DNA of 64,000 nt, taken from NCBI GenBank assembly GCA_964035545.1, contig OZ037766.1, forward strand, positions 6,748,722 through 6,812,721, in the 5' to 3' direction. Shown here one piece after another: positions 52,976-64,000 of the stretch. The DNA is from Bugula neritina. Its lineage: Eukaryota; Animalia; Bryozoa. Positions within the stretch are counted from its first letter, which is position 1; every line of letters starts with the position of its first letter. The notes beneath the pieces were generated by a model. That model had not been told where the DNA came from and did no database searches. It worked only from the letters and a program-made list of their open reading frames with translations. The position numbers were made by a program, and so were the translations under genes.

Positions 52976-55900
52976 ATGAAATTTATAGGTGAGTTAATTA
53001 AACATATAAATGTTAAGAATTAGGCTAAGAAAATGGTTATACAATGACCAGTTTTAAATAATAGCATTCGTATTGATGATACACATAGTTGTGTGTTTCT
53101 ATTCTTAGATATAGGAGCAAATCTGACAGATGGCATGTATCAGGGTGTCTATCACGGGAAGTCAAAACACCAGCGTGCGTCATGGTTTTGAAATTAATGA
53201 TACAGAGGCTGTCATCAATATACTTTCATTTATTTTCAATCTTATATAAATCTTTATACTAATTTATTAGCAGTTAAAGCATATAGTTTCATTCATTGTT
53301 AAAAAAGTTATTTTTATTGATATAAATTAATATATATAAACGTTATTAATTGTTTTATGATTAAACAGCTGATCTAGAAGATGTCTTGAAGAGATCATTT
53401 GATGCTGGATTGGAGAAAATGTTTATCACTGGTGGCTCTCTGTCCGATTGTAAAGAAGCTCTAAAAATGTCACAACTAAATGGTACGCCTTCTATATTCT
53501 CATGTGTAATGATGCTCATCAAAATCTTTCTTCTTCATTTACTGAATATTTCAGATAAACCTAAGTACATTTTCTGTATACTATTTTCTACTCTCATGTG
53601 GCATAAAATGCCAACACCATTGGGAGTTGTCAACCCTATTTGCTTTGTTTCTGTCATAGTTAGACAGATTTTAGCCCATATATTGTGCTATATGTGCTGT
53701 TAGACAGACTGCACACCACAGTTGGTTGTCACCCTACTAGATGTGGAGAGTTTGAGAAAAACTTGGACACTGCAAATGACCCTCAACTGTATTATGACAG
53801 CCTGCAACAGCTAATTGCTGATAACAAGAATAAAGTAGTGGCTGTTGGAGAGTGTGGGCTAGGTAAATAGATTATTTACTAGATTAATTGTTTTTAGCAA
53901 GAGATTCGTTGTCAGAGCTTACTAACTGACAAGTGTTAAGTTCAAGGATGTAAATCTAGTCATTTGATTTAATATAAATTTTTAGCAACTTTTGTTTCAT
54001 ATTTATTTTTTTACTGGTTGCTGATTGATGAATTTAAAGGTGATCTGAGTTTCTCTCCATGATGCTTTTAGCTATTTAAACTCATCATCAAATCAAAGGA
54101 AGAGATAAGTTTGTAAAGACAATCTTTAAATATTAGAAACCCATGTCAATGCAACTTTTACCACATAATATGTGCCTGGAAAGCTCAGAAGTAGCCACCA
54201 GTAACTAAAAACTTTTATTTGGTTGATGAGAAAAATAAAATATATTTTTTTATTTTTGTTTCATTAACCTGTTGTAGACTATGATAGACTACATTTCTGT
54301 GACAAACAGACTCAACTAAAGTGAGTGAGCCAACTATTATTATAATTATTGTATGAGCTAACTGATGAAACAAGTGCACAATTTAGACTGCAAGAAGTAT
54401 AATATGCAGACATGAGTGTATTGTCTCAAATATAATATAGTGTTGTCAGTCATCTTTAGCTACATTCTACACAGTTTTTAAACATTAAACTAGTATTCTG
54501 TTATTTATAAATACAACAACTTTTTGATAAACTACTGGAGTTTCTAGAGTTGATCCACACTGCGTTCCCATTGCTTCACATTATTCTAATATATTTTTTT
54601 CATTTGATGTTTAGGAGCTCTTGCTTGAATAAACCCAAAACCATAAGTAAATGCAAACCGCAACCACTAATCAATTTGTACGAATTCATTTGAAGCAATG
54701 GGAACACAGGATCAGTAAAACCTTGCCCCTGCTGGTCTACTTAATATATTAGCCTTACATAACAAATGATAATCGCCAATTTTGATTGAAGATATTTTGA
54801 GAAGCAATTTGACCTGGCAGAAAGCACACAACTGCCAATGTTCTTACACTGTCGGAATGCGTTTGAAGATATGGCACCATTGTTGAGAAAACACAGAGAT
54901 AGAATCTCAGGAGGCGTGGTGCGTTATGGTTATTAAATCTATTCATAAATTAATGTCTTGTACTGCGTATAAATAATGTATAATATAGAGCAGGGGTGTC
55001 TAACCTTTTCAGACCAAGGGCCACTGAAAGGGAATATTCCGATGGCGAGGGCCACATTGTACACTTCAGTTTGAGCGGGGGGGGGGGGTCCACAACATCA
55101 GTGTTTTTCAAATTATTTTGTTCCAAAATTTTATGAATCTTTGAACAATTAAGTCTCAATAGTTACTGCAGGCTGCATGTTTTGTAGCATGTGGAAAAAT
55201 AGGACATTTAAAAGGTGGTTTTTCACTCTAATTTTAGCGTTATGCCTTCGAGGGCCACATAAATATAGGCTGGGGGTCACATCCCGCCGTGGGGCTGCCT
55301 GTTGGACAGCCCTCGTATAGAGTAGGCATAAGCGCAGTATGTTAGGTCTGGTTTTTTGTACTCTTTACTCAAACAAAGTTCATCTAAAAGCGTATGCTGC
55401 TTAGTCAAATGTCACATGTTATGTACCTTTTATTACTAAATGCAAGCACCATGTTCATATAATTTAAAATTATAAAGTTGGAATAGCATGGTTCACTTTA
55501 TACAGTGTCTTCTACCAACATCAATGTTCATGTGATGTTATAAAACCACACTAGGTTTGCTGTAGGTGCATTCGTTTACTGGAACAAAAGAAGAAGCTGC
55601 AGAGTTTGTCAAACTTGACTTGTACATTGGAATAAATGGTTGGTTAGTATATATAATATATTTCATTACTATAATATTATATTGGCCTTTACTAGACGGA
55701 CCAGAGTTGTCTTTTCTGGAGGTAGTGAGTTTAATGACAAGAGCTTGTTTCTTTATGAACGTATCAAGTAAACTTACTAATGACCACTAATATCAATTAT
55801 TAGTGGTTCAATATTTTGCAGATATTAAATGGCTTTCAGGTCTTCCTAATTACTACCTTTACATTTCAGCTCTTTAAAAACACAAGATAATATTGACGCT

Positions 55901-56587
55901 ATGAAAAGTGTGCCCTTGGACAGACTTATGATAGAAACAGGTAATTTTGCAATTATTATTGTTTGATACAGCAAACCAAACACCTAGCAATAGGCAATTC
56001 TCCAAGAAATCTAACAGATCATATTTGATGTCTAATACACAAAAGCTTCTATAATGATGGATCAACTTGGAAAGCACCAACAGGTTTTCAACACATTTTG
56101 GTTGCATGTAATCGAGTTGAAATCTTTCACTTGAAATGTATTGATCTGTAGGAGTACGATGCTATATAGTTCGACATCCTTCTGTTCAGATACACTAGCC
56201 ACTGTGACATTAGCACCATAATGAAGTTAACTTTGGCAACATAATGCTTCATTGCAGATTGCCCTTGGTGTGAAGTAAAGCGCACTCATGCAGGGTTTCA
56301 ATTTGTTAAGTCCACTTTTCTGGAGAAGAAAGCAGAAAAATGGGAGAAGGGTGCATTGGTTAAAAGCAGAAACGAGCCTGCCAGAATTCTGTAAGCAAAT
56401 AACCCCATACCTTGACCACAATTTAACAGACTACAGAAGTTGATGATTATAAATTATAAATATTTCTCATTTGTAACATTTTAGACAAGTGCTGGAAGTA
56501 ATGGCTGGAGCCAGGCAAGAAGATCCAGAGCTGTTAGCAGACACCATGTATCGCAACACATTGAAACTATTTCAATTGACAGAGTGA
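52976..56587 (+). CDS. TATDN1: TatD-family DNase TATDN1
   Basis: Exons 52976-52988, 53109-53174, 53369-53482, 53704-53862, 54278-54320, 54792-54918, 55566-55642, 55870-55940, 56258-56390, 56485-56587. Motifs [63 protein letters not shown]. Confidence 0.96.
54560..54709. mobile_element. Small MITE in a TATDN1 intron
   Basis: TIR ctgcgttcccattgcttca / tgaagcaatgggaacacag. Confidence 0.65.
54991..55314 (-). mobile_element. Short hAT MITE of the same family as 7857-9547, opposite orientation
   Basis: caggggtgtctaaccttttcagacc matches the reverse complement of the 9547 end; right end gttggacagccctc; near-perfect 8-bp TSD atatagag / gtatagag. Confidence 0.88.
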
Positions 56588-56636
56588 ATGATGACAAAGA
56601 TTGTACACTCGATTCTTAATTTTGATTTTTTTATGT

Positions 56637-56673
56637 AATAAATCAGAGAATAGGATTTTAAGTCAGCTTTATT
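56637..56673. terminator. Opposed polyadenylation signals of TATDN1 (AATAAA 56637-56642, plus) and RPS6 (AATAAA 56673-56668, minus)
   Basis: Both hexamers lie in the ~130-bp gap between the two stop codons. Confidence 0.7.
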
Positions 56674-56716
56674 ACAGCTAGCAAGATGGTAGTCAAGTAT
56701 AAACAATATAACATGT

Positions 56717-58895
56717 CTATTTCTTTGTTTCGCTTGACTGTGACAGTCTGGCAGCAGATCTTCGCATGCTGGATGAACGGCGTCTCTCATTCTTTCTTTC
56801 CTTAGCCTCTTTCACACGCTGAGCAAGAATCTTGGCATATGCAGACTCTTCCTCTCTGTTCTTCTCTCGTCTCCTCTTTTTAAGGGCAAGTCTGTGACGC
56901 TTGCGTTGGAGCACCATAGGGGTAATTAGACGTTGGATTTTGGGTGCCTTGTATCTCTGTTTCTTAGCTACAAATAAATAAATTTAATATAACACCACAT
57001 ACTGCCAGATGAAAAAACTCAGTCATGTTTGATAAAGTGACGCGGGATGTCTTGAAGAAAATTTGTATGTTACGCTTAGTTCTGATCAATACATAAAATA
57101 TCTCAGAGTGGAGGTAACAAAATTAATATCCCCATGAACTAGCACACTCTAGTTAAAAAAATAAAGAGAGCCGGCTTAATATCATGGGTAGTATATAACG
57201 GAGATGAACACATTTTTCACACCATTATTTCAGTTTGAAAATTTGTAGCTGTATTTTCTATTGCTAACTGCAACCTACCGGGTTGACCTTCTTTGAGTGG
57301 CAGTGCTCTTTTGATGACGTACTGCCTTACATCATCCTCCTTGGAAAGGTTAAACAGTTTTCTAATCTTGGAAGCTCTTTTAGGTCCAAGTCTTCTAGGT
57401 TGAGTTTTGTCGGTAAGTCCTGGAATTTCTTGTTCACCTGATGAACAGTTGAAAGCGAGCTTACAAATCAGGCATCGCATCTGAGATGGTTGGCAGCAGA
57501 AAAATATGGCGACTTTCAACATGTTAAACAAGTTGAGAATATTTGAGTAGACATTTCGAAAAAATTCTTCTAATCGATTATTTAGATAACAATCTCACCT
57601 TTTTTTATCACGACCAAGTTGAGAACAGACAAGTTGCTATCAACTATACATCCTCGAACCGATTTCCTTTTTCGTTCACCTTTCCTTCGAGGTCTGTAGC
57701 AACCGCTACCCTTCTTGAGCAGCAGACGTGCACGGCCATTGGTAAGGACACCTTGCTTCATAGGAAATCCTTGCTTGTCATTCCCACCAGTGATTCTTAC
57801 CACATACCCCTGAAAACACACTAAACGATTCAAAACCTTCCGATGTAAGATGATAAAAATGTATATAATGTTAAACTGGTACTTGTCTGTTACTTTTAGT
57901 TCTGATGAATACATGTAATATCTCAGAGTGGAGGTAACAAAATTAATATCCCCATGAGATAGCACACTCTAGTTAGAAAATCTAAAGAGAGCCGGCTTAA
58001 TATCATGGGTAGTATACTAATCTGAAAACAATCAAATTTAAACAAATATAATTATTAAAAATTTAAAAAGCACCAACATATAACTTAAAACTGTAATTTA
58101 GAGCATACCTTCCATTCATCACCCAAAGAATCGGCTTCAGTTTCCTGAGCCATTCTTTTTTCGTAAAAGTGACGCAGCTTCAAGTCATCATCGATTTCAA
58201 AGCATTTCTGCGAACCCGTTGCCGGGTAGGCTACATTAATCTGCAATAAAATTTAAATTAATTAGTTAACCAACAGTAATATCATACTTATAGTGTCACC
58301 AATTAGAAACTAAGTAACAAATCTAGTAAACCAGTAAAGTATTTACACTGACACAGACTTTTTTGGGTTTGGCAAATTAAACTCTTGATCTTACATCTTT
58401 AGAATTTTTGTGCGTCTTTCTTTAATTTTGGTAAATTCCAGGTTTTAAAGTTGAGTAATTTTTTGTTGGTGACAAATTTGTATAGCCAACAGTAACATAA
58501 CTAACATTTACCTAGGGCTAGTTTAATTGAAAATTACAGTTATTTTTATTTCAACTATCGACTTTAGCTTCAAGCACACTAACACTGGTGCTACGGAGAT
58601 TTAAAAACTAATGTAGTTTATTTTGAAGTTGATGATTAGATGCTAATTTCACTGCAATATCTATCTTAATTTTCAGATTTGTTCAATTGAAAACTAGAAA
58701 CACATACGGCTATACTCGCACCTTGAACTGGGTTAAGGCCTCGAGACTTAGCAACTTCATCTATCAATTTGTTTTACTGAACAAAGCATCCAGGTAATAA
58801 AAAACATTATCTTACAAACTAAAATAATTTAAGGTTTTATCGTATTAGTTTTAGGTTCATTACAACAAACCAAGTATAAACAAACTCACCTTCAT
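56717..58895 (-). CDS. RPS6: 40S ribosomal protein S6 (eS6, ~252 aa)
   Basis: Exons 58895-58890 (MK), 58240-58109, 57809-57599, 57437-57279, 56967-56717. Motifs [43 protein letters not shown]-terminal RRRSSS phosphorylation tail. Confidence 0.98.
57061..57190 (-). ncRNA. Box H/ACA snoRNA, copy 1 (RPS6 intron 4)
   Basis: Minus strand: hairpin CCCATGA...TCATGGG, H box ATATTA, hairpin TGTTAC-CTCCAC-TCTGA...TCAGA-ACTAAG-C-GTAACA, then ACA plus 3 nt, 14 nt from the pocket. Confidence 0.85.
57881..58011 (-). ncRNA. Box H/ACA snoRNA, copy 2 (RPS6 intron 2)
   Basis: Paralogue of 57061-57190; boxes and stems conserved, differences mainly in loops. Confidence 0.85.
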
Positions 58896-59137
58896 ATTTG
58901 CTAACTCCTAAAATATAGGGTTTTACTGAGAGGAGGCCATGTCAAAAAGAAAGTTGGATACGAGATAGTACGGGATCCTTTGACCAATTGAAATGTTATT
59001 ACTATCGCGGATGTGCGATTGGCCTTTAAATATTCCCGCCAGTAATGAACGCCGATCAGTCAATATAAATAAAATTTCAGTTTTAAACAATTACTAAGTA
59101 ATTCAATTAGTATCGTTTTTCATTGAAGTTTTTCATC
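58896..59137. promoter_or_regulatory. Compact bidirectional promoter RPS6/POGLUT1 with RPS6 TCT/5'TOP initiator
   Basis: Start codons ~240 bp apart; pyrimidine tract CTTTCTTTTT on minus at 58953-58944; YY1-like acatggc; CCAAT (58984), ATTGG (59018), ttcccgcc (59033). Confidence 0.75.
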
Positions 59138-62100
59138 ATGAAGAAGTTTTCGGCACAAACTAAAATTGAACTTATGTCATTTTTTCTTGGAGCTATGATT
59201 TTACATGCTCATTCTTCTTGTTTTTCTGAAAATAATGAATGCCCAACTATAGAAGCCAAGCACAATCATAATCATAATGGCGTTACTGTTAGTGCTGAAA
59301 ATGAAAGTAAAGGCGATTTATTGGACGAAATTGGTATGATAATGAACTAATTCTTGACGTCCGATTGTCATTACCTAATTATCACTTATCAGTATATGTA
59401 TAACATAGCTGTTGTGACTATTTTAGCTATGGTTATGATAATCATAATGATAATGAAGTTACTCTTACTCTTAGATTTAAGTAAAAGTAAAAGTAAATAC
59501 TTTAAGTTTAAAGTTTGAATTGAAATATATTTAATTTGTTATTTTATATAAATTATCAACTGTTGATATAATATAGCTATGAAGCTTAAAGTGAAGATCA
59601 GGATGAAGATGAACATCAATATGAATATAATAATAATAATATTATAGAACCAGTATCATTATAGTAATACTAATAGTAATACTATATCATATATGTATAA
59701 CTATAATAAATAAGTAATATTGCAGTAATTGTAAATTATGTATTGCTATAACTATTATTATGAATTAAAATAGTAGTACTACTAAAACAGTGGTGCAAAT
59801 GTAATACTAATAGTAATAGTGAAAACTGAAAAGTAATAGTAATAGTCTACTAATAATAACTTTAACTTTAAGACTAAGTAATAACTAATACTAATAGTAT
59901 TAGTAACTTTAAATAATACTAATGCTCTAGTAATGCTTGAACTTGATGTTATTGTGTACAATTACTATTAGTATTACTATTAGCTGTATATTATTATGGC
60001 TTTTGGGTATTTTACTAAGCAGATGTGAGTTCGGCATAATCATAGTGGTTATGACTCTCTGATACTGATGATCATGATAAATTTCAAGTGAGCAACCTAT
60101 TTCTAAAGTATGAAAACGATGCACATTTGCTGGCACACACTTAAATTTTTTACTTGCAGTGCTGCTAAAAATGAAAAGAGTGTTTACCATCAATTACTAG
60201 CTCTGAGTACTTTGACATTGAATTACATTTAAATATGATTTTCTTAGGTGCTAATAAATAAGCTTGCATGAAAAGTTGTTTAGTGTAGTCAAACTAAGTA
60301 GTTGCACAAACCAGGTTAATAATTTGGGTAAATCAGCTTGAGTCGCCAAGTTTCACATGTGACATAGACCTAGAACTATGTATTAATCTACTAAATATGC
60401 TGCTATTTTAGTTCAAGTTATTAAACATTTTATTTAAGTTTTTTGTAAGTGTAATTTTGTTCATTGCAGTTTTCACTTATTATTAGTTCAAGTACAAAAT
60501 AGATTCTGTTTGTCAAATTTGCTACGATTTCTAGAACCAATGATATCTATAGCTTAAAATGCTACCTAAAAAGTCTTTGTAAGATTGTATTGTGTTGACT
60601 GTTCATAGATTATAGATGGAAAGATATACTAGACAAAATTGAACAGGCTGTAACTAATTACAGAGAATGTGAGACTGATGAAGTCGGATGTTCCACCTGT
60701 CATTATAGGTAACTTTCTTCCTAAAATAAATATTGTTGTTTTAGCTCTTTCAGTTGACTTGTGTCAAATGTATAAAAGTAAATAAATGTTAGTGGATTTA
60801 TCTTCTTATCTATCAGTCTAGTAAATTTTCTAGCCTTTAATATTTGCTATATATTGTTATGTATTTGTTATAAGTTGTCACTTTGAATTTTTTTATGCAT
60901 ATCCAGGCAAATAGAAGCTGACTTGGCCAAATGGAAAGATGGCATTACTAAATCTCTACTAGATGCGGCTGACTCCAGAGCCACAACGTACCAAATTATC
61001 AACCATAAAGTCTACAGGCAAAAGAAATGCGTCTTTGAAGCCCGGTTTGTGTTTTTAAAAAGCTATTTAGTTTTCTTAGTGACAGAAAAATTCAATTCAC
61101 GAGGCTTGTTTGATATCTATTCTAACTACTAGTAAATTTCAAATAAGCTGTAACTGATGAATCAATTTGTTGGCAATATAACTGACTTCAGTTTGTTAAT
61201 CAAATTAATGTTTTGTACACCAGCTATAACTTCATGTATTACTTCACTAAACCTATGAAAGTTCTAAACTTTCTAAATTTTATAAAAATGTAATCTTTTG
61301 TGAACAAACTGACTTATTAGCCCAGTGTTTCCAACTTAACTTCAATCAGTTCACTGTTGGCTTTATGAAGTAAACCAAGACACGGTGTAAGTAAATTTGT
61401 TCGCTTCTGGTCAGTGGTTTACTCTTTGTCATCTACTCCCATGTAAAACTCAAAATCAACATTATGACCTTTAAAATATAGATTAGAGTTAACACATGTT
61501 TTAGCAAAAGGCTTCTTAGCTAGCCAACAAAATGTGAATCTATTGCTTTCTTCTTTCCTCGTGCAACCAAAAGCATAGTAAAAATTAGAGATTGTACCCT
61601 GAGAGTCGTGTTGTGAAGTGTTGGTTGACAAAATTCATTTAAAGGACAGTCTGGTAACCAGATCACTGCAAAAACAATCAAACATAAAACAAGCATCAGC
61701 AGCTGGCTAATTTGTTCTTAAATGCTGGGATTTCTTACAACTATAACTATATTAAATGTAGAACAGATGTTTATATCTGGTTATATTGCCAAGTCAGTTA
61801 CGTAAGCACATGTTTAATGCTGAGTTACTGTGTATGTGCGCTCTTTCATTGCTAATGCTTATTACATATTTTATCTGATTAGATGTCAAGGCGTGGAGTA
61901 CTTTCTAACTAGGATAGCCAAAGATCTTCCAGACATGGAGATGAAGATTAATGTCTTTGACTATCCTTGCACACCAGACTACCACAACATCAAGTCTCCA
62001 GTGTTGTCTTTTAGTAGAGTGAGTTGAGCCAGTATGATAGTGTAATTTGTAGTTATCTTTTCAATTTTGTTGCTTTAAACATGTAATTGTAACTCATAAG

Positions 62101-64000
62101 TATGTTGGCTGCACTGAATTGAAACTATAACCAAGTTATAGTTCAATGGTTGGCTGTCTAATTGATCTACATATTATCTAATGTACTATGTGTATATGCA
62201 GCAGTTATAAATAGTTTGATCAAAAGGCAGGTTTTGTGTATTGAAGATATTTTTATAATTGGTAAATTTGTAAAATTAAACACTCACTTATTTGTGTTTA
62301 GGATTTTTTTTAAATACAACAAAATTGTGTAAAATGTAAAAATTTGTTCTCCAAAGTAATAAATTTGTCTTCTTTTTGTGCAATACTTTAAAATGCGCCA
62401 ACATAATCCCCAGTAGGCTAGCTATCATAGTATCACATATATTGTTAATATGATTATTAACATGGCATATACTAGTAGTTTGTTCAATTATTGACCAGGA
62501 CAGTAGCTATCATGATATCATGTATCCAGCATGGACATTCTGGACGGGTGGGCCAGCTGTGTGGCCCATATTTCCTAGAGGTCAAGGTGACTGGGTGGGA
62601 ACTAGGGCTTGGATACAAGGGTAAGGCCTTGTCAGTTTGATATTGATCATAAAATTTGTGCAGCATTTCAATGCTTGGTTGTTGATTGGGTGGAACGCCC
62701 AGAACATCACAAAGTTTATACATGTTTGAGCTTTAGCAATGCTTGCTTATATCTACAAAATTTTAAATAGATTGACTGCCGATTTAACTTTTGGTAGAAA
62801 ATATCATTGGGAAAAAAATCCTGTTATAATTTATAAATTGTGTAAGACTAATTATTTGTTTAAAAGTATGACATTGAGTTAGTTTATAAAACTGTATGGC
62901 ACGTTTTTATGATGTGTAAATATGTGCATACATTTTTAAAATTAGGATCGTAATATAGATGTTTCTATCGCTGCTTAAAATATTTTGAAGCCAGCGTGCA
63001 GCCTGCAATGCTTTTTGTAGTCTAGCAAAGGAAAAGTATCCATGGGATAAAAAGCAATCAAAAGGATTTTTCATTGGGTCCAGAACATCTGGTGAGAGAG
63101 ATCCTTTAATACTGCTATCTAGAGCTCAGCCAGAGCTGGTGTATGCTGCCTATACCAAGAACCAAGCATACAAAGGCCCACAAGTAAGATTAATGTTGAC
63201 ATAATTTAAATTGATAGGCAATCATTCAATACACCATGTTCCAGTACTATTACTATCACTATTCTTATGTTCTATTACTAGTACTAATACTATTGCTACT
63301 ACTATGTTCTATTACTAGTACTAACACTATTACTATGTTCTATTACTAATATTATTACTATTATTGTTACTGTTACTGTTACCTGCAGAGTCTGTTACTA
63401 GGTCAAGGAGGTGACTTCATGGTGTCTGTAATGTGTTTAATATTTTATTTTCTCATTAACTAATGAGATAAAAAGTAAATTTCGAATTATGTTTATCTTT
63501 ATCGAATAATGAATTTGTAAAACTAGGTATAGTTGGAATAGTAGTGGACTGGTTGACTTGTGAAGTGGTGATTAACTGTTCTGTGCTTGTTAGGATACTC
63601 TGAATGCTGAGCCAGTGGATCCAAAGAACTATGACGAGCATTGTCCATATAAGTAAGAAGTTGCTAGAATCTTCTGCCATGTATCATGTGTAAACCTGTA
63701 CCTAATACTAACTAGTAACGGCTTGGGCTCATTGGATGATTTTTCTGTGCATCTGAGGCTTTGAATTATGTTCTTAAAGCTAATTTTTATTAAGGCTATT
63801 TTTGTATTTTTTCATATTTTATAATTGTTATAATTGCTATTTTTGTATTTTTTCATATTTTATAATTGTTACCAGATTGCTGCAATGTGTTTTTCAGGTA
63901 CCTGTTCAACTTTCGGGGTGTAGCAGCTAGCTTTAGATTCAAACATTTATTTTTGTGTGGCTCATTGGTGTATCAAGTGGGGGATGAATGGTTGGAGTTT
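59138..64000 (+). CDS. POGLUT1: Protein O-glucosyltransferase 1 / rumi-like (CAP10, GT90), 3' part beyond the window
   Basis: Exons 59138-59333, 60609-60708, 60907-61044, 61883-62018, 62499-62620, 63021-63183, 63594-63652, 63898->64000. Signal-peptide-like N-terminus; [64 protein letters not shown]. Confidence 0.93.
59420..60080. repeat. Degenerate 6-bp-period tract in POGLUT1 intron 1
   Basis: e.g. aatactaatagtaatagt, gaagatcaggatgaagatgaacatcaatatgaatat; boundaries approximate. Confidence 0.8.
63240..63385. repeat. tactat-type low-complexity repeat in a POGLUT1 intron
   Basis: Repeated tactatgttctattacta units. Confidence 0.8.

Noticed and set aside
57090-57190. Reading the RPS6 intronic repeat as a C/D box snoRNA (ATGATA...CTGA)
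   Set aside because: Conservation extends past CTGA to an ACA box, and the CTGA is part of a stem; H/ACA fits better.
58470-58600. Third H/ACA snoRNA in RPS6 intron 1
   Set aside because: A short stem and ACA are present, but no convincing first hairpin, H box spacing or rRNA guide could be identified by eye.
63456-63680. Antisense ORF with a signal-like N-terminus nested in POGLUT1
   Set aside because: Overlaps POGLUT1 exon 7 antisense; no recognisable domain or independent support.

Overview
AT-rich, intron-rich eukaryotic DNA, most consistent with an invertebrate animal (inference; species not determinable here). Six spliced genes were reconstructed by hand with GT-AG introns and consistent phases: (1) an uncharacterised membrane-anchored GalT/HIT-like nucleotidyltransferase (minus, 19084-25736, ~456 aa); (2) a two-TM ecto-NTPDase of the CD39/GDA1 family (minus, 30034-42413) with a second candidate first coding exon at 44242-44304; (3) an N-acylated stathmin-domain protein (minus, 49881-51628); (4) TATDN1 (plus, 52976-56587); (5) RPS6 (minus, 56717-58895), which hosts two copies of an H/ACA snoRNA; (6) POGLUT1/rumi (plus, 59138 to past the window end). 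A probable terminal exon of an unknown gene lies at 50-185. The first 18 kb is mostly nested non-autonomous DNA transposons, including a 5.3-kb nested foldback flanked by a ~400-bp direct duplication. Degenerate 6-bp-period tracts recur next to apparent promoters, and three sit beside a short palindromic element. Most short ORFs in the supplied track are spurious or are single exons of these genes.
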